Positions 47,427 to 61,300 of a stretch of 64,000 nucleotides of DNA are shown in pieces (positions within the stretch are counted from its first letter, which is position 1; each line of letters begins with the position of its first letter). The notes beneath the pieces were generated by a model, which ran no database searches, was not told the origin of the DNA, and saw only the letters and a list, made by a program, of their open reading frames with translations. The DNA lies in assembly GCA_032718475.1 (NCBI GenBank), contig JAUCBJ010007816.1, positions 14,143-78,142 of the forward strand, in the 5' to 3' direction. The translations under genes were made by a program, and so were the position numbers. Source of the stretch: Nemertoderma westbladi (Eukaryota > Animalia > Xenacoelomorpha).

Positions 47427-50400
47427 ATGGCGGTAACAACCATCTCCAGCAAAGATGAGGTCCTGGAGATGAGGACCGGACGGTGCGCGATAGCAGCGAT
47501 AGCACCGGGATGCGACTATGGGGCAACCATCGACCCCATCCAGGTGATAGAGTCGATAAATATCAATGCCAGGTGGACAACCAACATCGAGGTCGAACAA
47601 TACAAGTTCCTGGACAGTATCGACTTCTCAATCCCAGAGGTGGACGTTAGGAAGGTATCCATTATAGTAGGAATGGACTGTCCGACGGCCCACGAGAGAA
47701 TGCAAAAGGTCTTCGGCGAAGACAGGCAGTGTGTCCCGGTGGCGATTTTAACACCATTCGGGTGGACGCTGAGCGGCCCAATAAGGAGCAAAATACCGTT
47801 TAGGATGTCGGAGACATCAGGATGCATGTTCGCAGGAACTATGCGAGAAATGGGAGATGAGGGAGCGGAGGAGCAGCTCAGGAGACTGCTCAGGCAGGAT
47901 TTAGAGGGATTAAAAGAGACCGGGGTCGGAACCTCGGTAGAAGACAAGCAGGCTTTACAAAGTGTAAAGGAATCGATGACATGCGACGAGGGGCGGTATA
48001 CCATAGGGATGGTATGGAAGCTACCGAAGTTACCGCTACCCGACAATAAAGGAATGGTACTCACAAGGCTTCGTAAGTTGAAGCAGACACTAAAACGGAG
48101 CCCTGAGAAGAATGAGTACATTCACAAGACGATTAAGAAGTATGTCGAGAAAGGATGGGCCGTGGAGTTACCGGTCGACGAACCAAACACGGACAGGACC
48201 TATTACCTGCCACTCCACGTTGCTCTAGACCCGAAGAAAGGTAAACTGCGGATGGTAGTTGACGCATCGGCTAAAACCAGCGGCAAATGCCTAAACGATT
48301 ATCTGCTGGAGGGTCCCAACATCTACAACTCAGGGATCGAGGTCCTACTCAGATTCAGGAATGGGAAACACGCTTTCACCTGCGACATCGAAGGCATGTT
48401 CAACCAAGTCCGTGTAACGGAAGAGGATAGCGACAGTCAGCGCTTCCTATGGTACAACGGCGACGAGGAACCGTCAACCATACCGATGTATAAGATGGTA
48501 GTACAGAATATGGGAGCCAAGTCGTCTTCATTTACGACGACTGTGGCCGTAAGAGACACGGTAAAAGGGAAGGAAGATAAATATAGCGCCAAAGCCGTCG
48601 ATATGATTCGACGCGGCTTCTATGTAGACGACGGGATGGAATCTGGAAATATGGTTAAGGAACTACTGGATACCGGGCGCGAGGTTCGCGACATCCTAAA
48701 AGGATCCGGGTTTAACCAAACCAAGTTCCAATCCAGCTCGCAAGAGTTCATGAAAGCCATAGAGGACAGGAGGCCAGAGTCGACCATGGATAATCCCACG
48801 ACAGCCAAGGGACAGGACATGGTGAACAAGAGAGTAGAGTCCCAACAGAAGGCACTAGGGATCGTGTGGAACCGAGAGACAGACGAGTTGAAATACAAGT
48901 TGAGTCAGGAGGGCGCAGACATCCACACAAAGAGGGGCTATGTTTCGTACATAGCAAGGATATACGATCCCCTAGGCCTAGCATTCCCATTACCAGTCAC
49001 GGGGAAACAGATACTCAAGAAAGTATACAAACTGAAGGAGGGTTGGGACACAGAGGTCCCGGAAGAGATCAGCAAGCAATGGAGCAAGTGGACAGAGAGT
49101 TTAGAGCAGATGGGAACATACAGCATGCCACGCGTATATTTCCCGGTTGGGGACATGACGAATCTGGATCTGCACATGTTCTCCGATGCGTCATTAGAGG
49201 CATACGGAGCGGCACTCTACTTAGTACAACGAGAGGGGGCTCACAAGCCCAGACTCGCATTCAGCAAGGCGAAGTCGATGCCGGCAGATTCAGCATCAGT
49301 TCCAAAACTCGAGTTGACAGCTGCGAGGTTAGGAGTTAGGGCCACAGCCTACTTGATGGACGCAATTCCAAACATAGTGGAAACACACTACTGGACGGAC
49401 TCCATGGTAGTGCTTGGTTGGCAGAGTGACACAGAACCATTTGAAGTGTTATGGGGTGTCCTCCAAGGAGACACACTTGCACCATTCTTGTTCATTATTG
49501 TCGTTGACTATGTTCTACGCATGTCCTTAGATCATTATAATGATGATGGGGTGATGATAACTCCACCTACTGGCTCCAGAATTCGAGGAAATCCTGCCAA
49601 GTACCTAACTGATCTAGACTTTGCTGATGACTTAGGAGTACTCTCAGAATCATTAGAGGGAGCCCAACGGCTCCTCAGCTCATTAGAACATGCTGCTTCT
49701 AGTGTTGGTCTTTTTATTAACTCCAGAAAGACCAAAATTCTGACAGTTAACTTTGAAAGTCCTCAGCAAGTCTCTGATCGGATGAGCATAAGCTCAAAGG
49801 ATGGTATGCTTGAGCATGTGGACGACTTCTGTTACCTGGGATCATGGATCCGGAAGTCAGGTGAGGACCTTCGAATACGTAAGGGAAAGGCATGGGCAGC
49901 CTTGAATAGGCTTTCCAGGATTTGGAAGTCACTGAGAATTAATCAGAAACTTAAGGTCCGATTATTTAGAGCAGCAGTAGTTCCAGTACTCCTCTACGGG
50001 AGTCCATGCTGGGCTCTAACTGCTGAGGACACCAAATCTCTGGATGGCACATTCACAAGAATGCTACGCCGGGTTCATTGTGTCAAGTACAATGCACACA
50101 TCTTCAACCAGACACTATATAACATTGAAGGTGTCTCATTGGTTCCCCCAAGCTTGACACTAGAACAAAATCGCCTCCGCTTTGCAGGACATTGCTTTCG
50201 CCGCGAGGACCAGCCAGTGCATAATCTGGTACTTTGGCAGCCTCATGGAGTGAATAAGCATGGTGGACAGCCCATGACTTTCTTGAGACGCATCTTAAAG
50301 GACACTGGCCTTGAAGATGCGGATGATCTAGCAAATGTCATGGGTGATATGGAGTTGTGGCGGTGCAATTTTGTTGACAAGCCGGCACAGCATTCTTAAA

Positions 50401-52330
50401 AATGCAGCTGCAATGCAGCATGCCGATCCTAGTAGTAGTAGTAGTACACATATCCAACCAGACACTATATAACATTGGAGGTGTCTCATTGGTACCCCCA
50501 TGCTTGACACTAGAACAAAATCGCCTCCGCTTTGCAGGACATTGCTTTTGCCGTGAGGACCAGCCAGTGCATAATCTTGTACTTTGGCAGCCTCATGGAG
50601 TGAATAAGCATGGTGGACAGCCCATGACTTTCTTGAGACGCATCTTAAAGGACACTGGCTTTAAAGATGCGGATGATCTAGCAAATGTCATGGGTGATAG
50701 GGAGTTGTGGCGGTGCAATTTTGTTGACAAGCCGGCACAGCATTCTTAAAAATGCAGCTGCAATGCAGCATGCCGATCCTAGTAGTAGTAGTAGTAGTTG
50801 GTTGGCTACACAATGAGAGGACGAGATACCCTATATTTGTCGCAAATAGGGTGGACGAGATAAGAGCGACGACAGAATTGGAAAGGTGGCACTACTGCCC
50901 AACGGACGAGAACCCAGCGGACTTGTTATCGAGGGGCGTAGCACACCACACTTTCTTAAAAAAGGAAGTATTGTGGCAGCACGGGTCTCAATTTCTGAAC
51001 GATAGAACAGCCTGGCCGCCGATGAGGAAGGTGGACCCGGGCTCAGGGGAAGTAGCATTAGAGGAAGAGGGAGGAGATTCAGAAGATGAGGAGATATACA
51101 GCCAGATGGTGAGGGAGATAAGGGACGTGCAACCGAAACCGGAAGAACTGTGCGATAACCCGACGGACAAACTCCTTAGCTACAGCTCAAGTTGGTACAA
51201 GACCAAGAAGTTAGTGGCGTACTGGAGAGCCTTCGGGGACTTCCTTAAGGGAATCGGTAAAGACACAAAAGGTAAAACAACCCCGTCGATCTGGAGGGGG
51301 CGGCCAAGGCCGTCATCCGCTACGAACAAAGGAAGAATTACGGCGACGAGGTGGAGCGCGTCGGTAAACAACAGCATCTCCGACGGGACAGTGAGCTGAT
51401 CGTGCTGTCGCCACAACTCAATGATGATGGAATCTTAGTAATGAACTCTAGGGTGTTGAACAACAACAGTATCATCATTCTGCCAAAGCCCATCATCATC
51501 CCTAATGGATCGCAGATGGTCCACCAGATCATTAGGGACTCCCATAAGTCGATATTGCACGGGGGCACCAACCGAACCCTCACGGAGATACGAAGGACCT
51601 TTTGGGTCAAACAGTTAAGAAAGAAGGTAAAGGTGGTAGTGGGGCAGTGCCAGACCTGCCGACGAACGAAGAAGGAGCGAGCCATACAGGAGATGGCGCC
51701 ACTACCGGCCAGTAGGGTGAGACAGCACGACCCGCCATTCACGCACTGTGGTGTGGATATGTTCGGGCCAATAAAGATTAAGGTGATGCGGCACACGGAG
51801 AAGCGCTACGGCATTATCTTCGTATGTAACAACACGCGGGCGGTAGGGATAGAACTCACCCAAGATGCAACAGCATCGGCATTCATCAATGCCCTAGAGA
51901 GGTTCAGAGACCGCAAAGGTGGGACGATCACAGTAATATACTCCGACAACGGAACCAACTTTGTGGGGGCAGAGAACGAGCTGGCGGATGCCTTGGACAT
52001 CATGGAAGGGGAAGAAGTCAGGGCAGCCATGAGAAGACAAGAGGTGAAGTGGGAGAGGGGGACGCCGTATGCTCCGCATACTCTAGGATGCGTTGAGAGA
52101 CTTGTGGGTAGTTCCAAGCGTCTGATGACGAAGTTGATGAACACCCACATGGTAACCGAGGACATCCTAAGGACAGTACTAGCGAAGTCACGGACGATAC
52201 CATCATCAACAACCAATGGCGATTGGCGAGAGTTGTGGGCACTTACTCCGATGAGGACGGAAGAGTCCGATCGGTAGAAGTGCGGATAGGTGGTAAGATA
52301 GGAGCGAAAGATAGAAAGACCTACAGAAGG
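47427..52330 (+). pseudogene. pol: pol of D (partial PR, RT, RNase H, integrase), interrupted by an RTE-like LINE
   Basis: YYLPLH..KLRMVVDAS, FYVDD, HMFSDAS, PKLELTAA, YWTDS, NPADLLSRG, GVDMFGP, SDNGTNF. Confidence 0.93.
49423..50797 (+). mobile_element. 5'-truncated RTE-like LINE with duplicated 3' end and (GTA)n tails
   Basis: GVLQGDTLAPFLF, LDFADD, YLGS, LLYGS..W, RLRFAGHC. 9-bp TSD TTGGTTGGC (49414-49422, 50798-50806). Confidence 0.92.
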
Positions 52331-52477
52331 GCTGTAGGAAAGTGCTGCCTGCTAGAGGGCGCACCTTAGTCGAGTTGAGTTTAGTCGTCCAAGTATTGGA
52401 CTGAGGGTGGTGGGATTGAGGGCGAGACGCCCTTCCCACACATAAAAAAAAAAAAATAAATAAATAAAGAAAGAGTA

Positions 52478-53135
52478 AGTAGGCAGATAGTTAGATAGAT
52501 AGTTAAGTAGGCAGATAGTTAGATAGATAGTTAAGTAGTAAGAGGGTACGTAGTACCGCTAGTTAGATAGTTAGTTAGTAGTAAGAGGGTACGTAGTACC
52601 GTTAGTTAGATAGTTAGTTAGTAGTAAGAGGGTACGTAGTACTGTTAGTTGAGAGAGAGTTAGAGGTTAGTAAGAGGGTACGTAGTACCGGTTAGTAGGA
52701 GTTAGTTAGAGGTTAGTAAGAGGGTACGTAGTACCGGTTAGTAGGAGTTAGTTAGAGGTTAGTAAGAGGGTACGTAGTACCGGTTAGTAGGAGTTAGTTA
52801 GAGGTTAGTAAGAGGGTACGTAGTACCGGTTAGTAGGAGTTAGTTAGAAGTTAGTAAGAGGGTACGTAGTGCCGGTTAGTGAGAGTTAGTGGAGTTAGAA
52901 GTTAGTAAGAGGGTACGTAGTACCGGTTAGTATGAGTTAGTGGAGTTAGAAGTTAGTAAGAGGGTACGTAGTACCGGTTAGTAAGAGTTAGAAGTTAGTA
53001 AGAGGGTACGTAGTACCGGTTAGTAAGAGTTAGTGGAGTTAGAAGTTAGTAAGAGGGTACGTAGTACCGGTTAGTAAGAGTTGGTGGAGTTAGAAGTTAG
53101 TAAGAGGGTACGTGGTACCGGTTAGTAAGTGTTAG
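52478..53135 (+). repeat. Tandem array (~40-49 bp units) between pol and the accessory ORF of D
   Basis: Core GTTAGTAAGAGGGTACGTAGTACC repeated about 14 times. Confidence 0.92.
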
Positions 53136-53567
53136 TGGTGGAAGGGTATGTATAATATAAATATTAGTTAGTAGTGAGTAGTGAGAGGGGGGCACGTGAG
53201 TACAGCTGGATAAATCGTGTAGGCCACGCGACCCATACTGTTGTACTGCACAAGCCCACAGAGTAGGCCAGAACGTGGATTATAGAATAGAATAATCCAT
53301 TGGCGGAATAAGTAGTAGCACAGTAGTAGGATTGAATTAAATTAAAAATAGAATAAAAGGTAGAAATTAGACAAATTATGGTAACAGTAGGGAAAATTAT
53401 TCTGGAACATAATTAAAGTAACGGACAAAATTGCGAAATTTAGTACAATTCGGTAGTTTTAGAAAATTAGTTAGGAAAATTAGGCTATAACTTAGGTTTC
53501 TTGGAGAAGTAGGCCATTATCGAACTGAATAAACCATCCTAACGTTATCACTCATCTGTACAGCGCC

Positions 53568-56182
53568 TTGGCAAGGCACCACCTTACAGGTGAGCGGGTG
53601 AGAGAGTTCGAAATGGCGGAGAAACTGGTCAGAAAGAGAAAGGCGGAGTTAGGAGGAAAGGAGATACTGGTGGATTTCACCGAGAGGCATCCGGAAGAAA
53701 AGACGAGGGGATACTACGAGCGGTTAGAGAGAGGTCACAAAGCGCGAGCGCTACAGGACCATTTCAGGGAGGTGCACGAACAGCGGCTGGTTGGGACCTA
53801 CGGGATGCCGTCGCTGGACAACGCGATCTTCGAGCATTTCCACTACGTGGTGAAGGGAGACGAGGCGAAGTTCGGGATTCCGAAGTACGCGAAGGAACCA
53901 CCGAGAAAGGATTGGAAGAGGTTCGTAGAGTCCGTGAGCAGGGGAGGATACATGGTCCTAGACGATGAGGGGACCGTAGAAGGACGAGGAAGGTTCGAGA
54001 AGAGGATCGGCAGGGTCGGCCAGAACCATACTCCTACATTTGGCCGCGCCAAATGGGGACATTTTCCTATTCGACCTGGGAACGTATGGGAAGAAGAAGA
54101 GGCCGAAGTTGGACCGGTTGCCAAAGGCGGTGCAAACCCTAGTGAGAGAGAAGTCAACGACGAAGGTGGGATCGGCGATCCGCGACGATGCGGAGAGAAT
54201 CATCGGTCCGGACACCCCCAACCTCCTGGACATGCAGATGGTCTACATGGCTATGACAGCACCAGACGGGTTGGGACTAGTGGAGAACTCAGGCCATTGT
54301 GGAGCGGTGGCGATGGGCCAGCTAATGGGGCTCGTGTGTCACAAACCAATGGACTGGAGTAAGTTCAGAGAGGAGTACGGAGCAGGAGTTGGCGAACTCG
54401 CTGAAGTGGGGAGCGAGGCCAGGGAAACAAGAGGTGTATCAATTCCGGAGAGGAGCGATAAAGGTATATCAGAAGCGATATATCCTGCAGGAGGACTGGA
54501 TAATGATGGGTTTGCTTAACCTATTCATGACCGTGGTTATCGAGAGGGAACCAACGGCATTCCTGCTATCGGGATCACCCCTGAACTACAGAAGAGCCTT
54601 CAAGACGGCTTTCGAGGGTCTGGTAGACCACCCGGGGCTGAAGGGCGAGTCGGTGTACTATAACTGCCGACATCTGGTAGACGGGGAGGTGGATACGCCA
54701 TATCAGAGATGGGAGCAGCTAGAGGCGGATAGACGAGAAGCGAAGCGATTGGAAGAAATCGCTAGACAGGAAAGGAGAGAGGCAGAGGAAAGGGAGGAAG
54801 AAGCTAGAGCGCAGAGCTACGGCTTCGAGGAACAGGCGGCCTTAGACGAACTTCGTTGGACGTCATCAGGGAGTTCGGGGGAGTCTCTAGGGCGAGAATT
54901 AGGGTGGACGGTGGGATCACCGAAACAGTCGACATCGGGATTGCAGACGACGCCCATACCAGCGGGCGCCGAGGGCGATCACCCGCTAAGGAGGCTAGGG
55001 GAGCTGGAAGGATGGAAAGTCACGGGCGAGAGCCAAGGTGGGAAGGGACGCAGTGGGTCCACCGGGATACCGGGGTTGGAGCCACTCCCAGAGGAGGATG
55101 AGGATGACGACGAGTTCGGAGAGATGCCGCCCATCGGGAGAATCGGCCACTCGGACACGGACTGGGTTGGCGGGAGGGTGGTGATGGCCAGTGGGGCGAG
55201 GGCCTTCTGGGATAGACCCGGCAAGCGGGCCTGGGTGCATGAGGAGCCGGCGATGGATTTCGCGGGGAGCACCATCAGGTTGGGCGAGCAACCGGGAACG
55301 GCACCACGGGTAGTATTCGGGGAGACGATGCCCGGGAGGGGCGAGGAGATCGACGTGGACAGGGACGCTAACGTCCAGAAGTTCGCTTACCAGCGACTCC
55401 ACAGACCGCGGAGATCGCTTGGGACGAAAGACGACGTGGGGCGGGAGACATTGGTGCTCGGCTGTGATTACTGTGGGAGGCAAACCCACCAGGAAAGGAG
55501 CTGTCTGTACCGGTTCCAGAAAGGGACTAGTTGTCTCTACTGCCGCGAGTCGAGCCACAGGATGGGGGCGTGTCCACGGTTGCACAACCGGTGTTCGAAG
55601 TGCAACTTCCGGGGGCACTACGGACGCCAGTGCGACTGGATGGACGACGAAGAGAAGTTTAGGATCTTCGAGGAGTGGGCCGACGTCGGGGCCATGACTC
55701 GGCAACGTATGAAGGCCCAGGAGTTCCGGTGGGGCTTCTTTAATATCAACCAGGAGGCCCACTTGGAGATTATCAAACGGAGACTTCCGTTTACCTACCA
55801 GGAGGTAGCGACGGCGGCGTCGTATGCCGGGGTGATAAATACGCAGAGGTATTTGGACAGGTGGACGCCACAGAACAGAGGGGAGTTCAGAGATTTCTTG
55901 GCGGAGCATGTGCCGCGGGCGATGAAAGTGATCCTATGGGACGCCACCAGGGGGAGACAACAGGGCCACTCGGAGGGGCCACCCGCGAAGCGATACCGGG
56001 AGCTAATAACACCAGCGCCCAAGGAGTCGACGACCGGGATTAGTAGAGAGGTGACGGCGAGGGTCAGGAGTCTGAAGGGAGATAAGACCAAGGGAGCGGC
56101 AGCGGCCAGGAAACGACCAAGAGAAGAGGACGACAGAGGGAAGGACTTGAGATGGTTCCCAAAGTCAGGTGGAACGAACTAG
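53568..56182 (+). pseudogene. Accessory ORF of D: DnaQ-like 3'-5' exonuclease plus three CCHC zinc knuckles (two frameshifts)
   Basis: VLDDEG; AAPNGDIFLFDL; LPKAVQTLV..TKVGSAIRDD; LLDMQ; YILQE; CDYC..H....C, CLYC..H....C, CSKC..GH....C. Confidence 0.82.
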
Positions 56183-56865
56183 GACTTGGATGTGGGATGC
56201 CTGGAAGGCACCACGTGAGAAGTACGAACTCCTAACTGCAAAATTTAAATAATTAAAAGTGCAATTAGTATGTACGTATGTAGTAATCATTAGTCTAGTA
56301 AGCAAATATAATCAAAGTAAGTACTATAGCCATATAACCTTTTTCCAATTAGCTACTGGGACTGGGGACCAATTGACTATGGTACTGTGAATCACAAACA
56401 AGACATTGGACGAAATCACACTTCTTGAGTGCGACGGCACAGGAGGGGGGTGAGACTCGTCAGGAGTGAGCGGGTGAGATAGGGTTCGAAAAGAGTGCGG
56501 GTGCAATTCAAGTGTGGGGGGGGAGGGGGGGAGTAAGAGGCCAGAGTGAGGGACTAGGAGGTCCGAGAGTTAGAGCGGAAGTTAAGAGAAGTAGTGGAGA
56601 GTCAGGGTGAGAGTAGAGGTAGAGTTAGAGTGGCGAGAGTGTTGGGGAAACAAAAAATCATGTGAAGAGAAAGTCACGATCGGCCCGACACGGGACGCCA
56701 GAAAGACGGGGTAGCGATATCATACCCTTAGGGAGCGGCCTGGAAAGCCGGCTCCGAAGAAAATAATTCCACCCCACACCCGATAGTAGATCGGGATCCA
56801 GTGGAATTGTAGCGCACTAGAGGTGGATGCTATCTTCTCACCGGGAAGATAGCATGGGGGGGGAG

Positions 56866-57411
56866 TGTTAGCGAATTCAATTCCGCCAACCACCCCATAA
56901 AGTTGGCCAAGCGGGGCCTTTAAGCAATATTGGGAGTACGAGGTTGATTGCCAATCAACCTCGTATCACCCCAATAAACGGGGCGACAAACCCCAAAGGA
57001 ACACACACACAGCGGGGGTCAGAGGTTACACCTCCGGGAGGGAGAGAGTGACAGTAGCGGGGGGAAGCACTCCCAGAGAGATGGGAGGGCGAGAATTGGG
57101 TTATTAGCCAATGGGAGGCAGGCATCCACTGAGTAATGTACTACGGCCAACCAGTGCAATATATTACCAGTTACTGTTCCTCATTTATTCACTTACTTAG
57201 TCAGTTTAGTTAGGGCAGAACGGGAACTCTTATTACCGTCTACTGCTGCCACCATCATTCCGCTATTTACCGGTACACTTACTTAACATTCAATCAACTG
57301 TGTTTATACTTTATTCAATTATATTATATCCTATATTCATACATACCGATCAATCAACAACACCAGAACTCTTTTCACACACACAAGGTGGGGACGCGTA
57401 GATAAGATAAC
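56866..57411 (+). repeat. 3' LTR of D (3'-truncated)
   Basis: Direct repeat of 36239-36784. Confidence 0.92.
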
Positions 57412-58387
57412 TGATTTTTGCATTCCTCTCATTCCCGTTCTGCCTCGAGCTTTCGTTCCTCTCATTTCCGTTCCGCCTAGAGCTTTCATTCCTCTCGTTT
57501 CTTTTCCGCCTCTTCTGCTTCATGCTTTCATTCTTCTGCTCTGCGCTTTTGTTCTTCTGCTTCGCGCTTTCGTTCTTCTGCTTCGCTTTCATTCCTCCGC
57601 TTCGTACTTAAGTTCGTCTTCCACCTGATTGTCTAATTGTTTTAATCTATTATGTTTTTCCTCCTTGATCCGATCCATATTCGCCTTTTGTTGCTAAATC
57701 CATTTCTTGATTGATATCCTTTAGGATTTTCTTGGTGGTGGGACTAGTTGGGAGATGTATGTCCACGTAATCTCCTTATCAGCTCTTCTTCCCCCACTCC
57801 CTTTATGTATTCTCCCAAGTGATTGCGAATAGCTGTTTGATTTTCGGGTTCAGTTTGGGTGTACCCTTCAACGACACTAATTATGGACGGATGGTCGGAA
57901 TGTAACGGTATTGCAGTCACATAAAGAATAGGGGTTTGGTCACTAAGGGAACTGTCTGAAGCGCTCTTGTTGGCAATCGAACGATAAGACATTTTTACTA
58001 AATATTATTTCAACAAAAATTTATTTTTTATTAACCCTGTTTGTGATTGTTATGCCTTCCATTTATTGTCGACAATTTATTGTAACAACAATAATATATT
58101 ACAAATAATTATTACAATTGCACCCAAATAAATAACATGGTATTATTTCAACTCACAAATCGACAATCACTGGTAAATAATATGGGACCAGTAATTTATC
58201 TGTGTAGAATATGCCATGATAAATATTTTGTTTCACCGCTAGGTGGGGATAATTATCAGGTTTAACTCTTTACAAGCAGGAATATCACCAAGAGCAATGA
58301 ATTATCTCCTATTGGTTCAGAGATTAGTATAACTCAACAGTAATGAAGGTGAGGCTAGCTTAGGTAGTATACCGGTATTAGGAATGG

Positions 58388-61300
58388 TGATAAACAACCG
58401 CGACCTCTATACTAACAGCAGAACTGTTGAACAGACCAATACCCGTTAATATTCTTCTGCCAACCTAATGAGCTCTCGCCTAACCAATAAGACACAAAGA
58501 CTGCTCTACTGTTAAGTAAAGGGGATCAGGAGCGTGATATTACTAAATTGTAAGGGTTGCTAAATACAAAACCGCTACTTACCGTTGGATGGCGCTAATC
58601 TGCCGTCCGCTAATATATTTTACTAAATTTACACAACTCCTGCAAAATCGCTTGTTCCTTTCTCTACCGATTGCTCGATAGAGAGCTAACTGTTCGAATC
58701 TATGAGCCACGCGAGAATAACCAAAACAATAAACCCGAGTCGGCTCCCTAAGCTTACTTAAGACGAGTGCGAGAGGCCTTGCACTCAGAGTATTCCTACG
58801 CCTAATTCTATCACTTATTAAAGCACGCTATTACCTACGTCTTTTCTAATCGCGAATACTGGGGGTTCTCTAACGTAATGTGTGAATGCGAGAATATTTA
58901 AATATCAAAATGGTACAGTATTTGTCTCTCGTGGATAGTACCGCTCTGGGTCTAAACTTGCCTGCAGCTGGCTTTAGGCCAGCAAATTACTAGCGTTTCG
59001 TGCGTACCGAATAGTGCGATCTAGCTGATTGCCCGCTAATGCAAATAACCGCTCAGCGTGAATAGTTTACAGTACTCTAATTATTACCTTAGCTACTCTC
59101 CGCTATGCTGCGTACTAATTCTTAATTTTTACTAATCAATTACAGTCACAAATATTTAACAGCGTACTAATTACTAAGAGTTCCAGAATACGTAATTCTA
59201 ATTTATCACGCAACAGGTTTCGCTAGTAATAGCCTAAATTGCCGTATTACTTTGACCTAATCAGTAACTAATTGTTGTAACTAAGAAATAGAAATCAATC
59301 AAAGAGAAAAGAGCGCCTACCTAAACATTCACAATCATAGGCACACTTCAGTAACACACCAATCAGCGTCAGCAATCACAGTTCGCAATTATGCAGTTAA
59401 CTACTGTATAGCCCACAATTATGCGACTCACTATTCGTACTCCACACTCAACGTTGTGATACGTGCAGGCCTCTCCCGGGTACATATAGGACTCCTAACT
59501 AACCTGATTCCTGCCCCCCTAATACTAAATAGAGACGAAACCTGGATCATCAGCCCCCTAATTACTGTACCAGCGATTGGTCTGCATACCACAGCGTAAA
59601 CTTCCCGACCGCAACGGTGACCCCCCGCCAGCGTTGCTCGCTTTTGAATCCTCCGCTCTCCCTTCGTCGCTAACCCCCCGATGTGCCCACCGCCCACTGG
59701 CGCCTTAGCCCTCCATTATGCTAATAGCTACCGTAGCGGCGCATGCAAATCACAAAGTCTGACAGTCTCAGAAATCCCTTAGGATTATTGCGCAGAAAGG
59801 AATCACATAGAACCATTAATCAAAAGGTAGAAATCATAGTTCCAGTTGTAATTAGCAGTAATCGAAGGAATTAATTGAGAAACACAATCAAGAGTAATCG
59901 CACTAGCAAATCATTTCAAGAAACTAATCAAAATTGGCAGAAAATACACTAAAATATCCGTCAAAAATTGAATAGAGACAGCTCAGCAAGTACAAAGGTG
60001 ATAGCAGATCATGTGAGGTGTCATGTGAGGCTCTACCGGCACACCGCCAATTTATAGGTGATCCGGGTGGGGTGATGCAATAGGGTGACTCAATCGCTCT
60101 CCTATTGGCTCTCCAGTCCGTGCTAGCATTAGACCAACCTGGAAGCAGTTAGTCCAATAAGGAGGCCGGATTGTAGCCCTATTGCTTGCCCAAACCTCAA
60201 ATTATTACCATATATGGTAATGGTTCACGTCCCTGGCTGCTGAATGGCCAGGACAGCGTCCCTTATGCTAGCCCTATTGATGCTAATATCAGCAAGCACA
60301 AAATCCAGGGTCCGAATAAACTCGCTACCCTGGAACTATCTACATATATCCTAATACAAAATTACGTAGGTAGGGCTACATACTATACAAAATGGATGGA
60401 TTCAAATATATGGGTGTTTCGATTTCCCTATCTAAATACCACTGCGTTATTATGCCTTATCTAAAATATTATGCTGCACAACGGACTAATATTACGTACA
60501 GTATAACGGACTAATATTGCATACTGCATAACGACTAATATTGCATACTGCATAATGACTAATATATGTGGATACAGCGCCATATACCGTAACACCGCTC
60601 CAAGGGAAATCATATAATGTTTCCCTCCAATTGTAGAAGAGTATAAGGTGATGTATACAAAACAAAATAAATTTCTTCCAACTAATCTAAATACTTGATA
60701 CTATAAGTCCTACTATTTACAAAATATTGCTATAGATATTGCATAATGAATTGCATACAAATTAAATTTACAAATATTATCTCTCTCTCATTGTTAACGA
60801 TTATTACATACAAATTAAATTTACAAAATATTGTTTCTCGTTCGTTCTTACTACATAATGATTACTACATACAAAATCAAATATATAAAATTTTGCTAGG
60901 GCAAGTGAAAGGAGTAAGCCAAACCCGCAGGTTTGTCTCCCCAATCACTTCCTTCGCCTCTCTCATAATATAAATTCAAAATAACTCAACTAGTGTATAT
61001 GAGTCTAGTCGAAGATTTCCAAATGCTACAATATACATCAGAGCGACGATGATGTATATATCTAGAGTCTGTCGCCCTGTGCTATAATGTATTATCGACC
61101 CGCTCCTGGGTTCTTTGGGCTCGCTCCTCTCTTTCGCCCCCTTCCCAGATACACTAATCGTCCTCCAGTCGACTCCGTTGACGGCGTCCGTGAGGCGTCA
61201 CTCCCCGGAACCGGCGACGACGTTCCCTGAGCCCCGACAGATTCCCGGCTTGTACTTCTCCCTCGGCCTCGTCCCAATTGTCGCGCTCCCGTGGTCGCTT

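Larger units (their letters stand above)
36239..57411 (+). mobile_element. BEL/Pao LTR retrotransposon D (older, many frameshifts, nested insertions)
   Basis: LTRs at 36239-~36816 and 56866-57411 (3' copy apparently truncated, TSD not seen). PPT GGGGGGGGAG at 56856-56865. Confidence 0.92.

Noticed and set aside
47427-50399. A natural double-RT polyprotein
   Set aside because: Explained by a TSD-flanked LINE inserted in frame.
54995-55909. Long antisense or overlapping ORFs (also 33259-33990, 43440-44021 and similar)
   Set aside because: Shadows of GC-rich coding or repeat sequence with no recognisable motifs.
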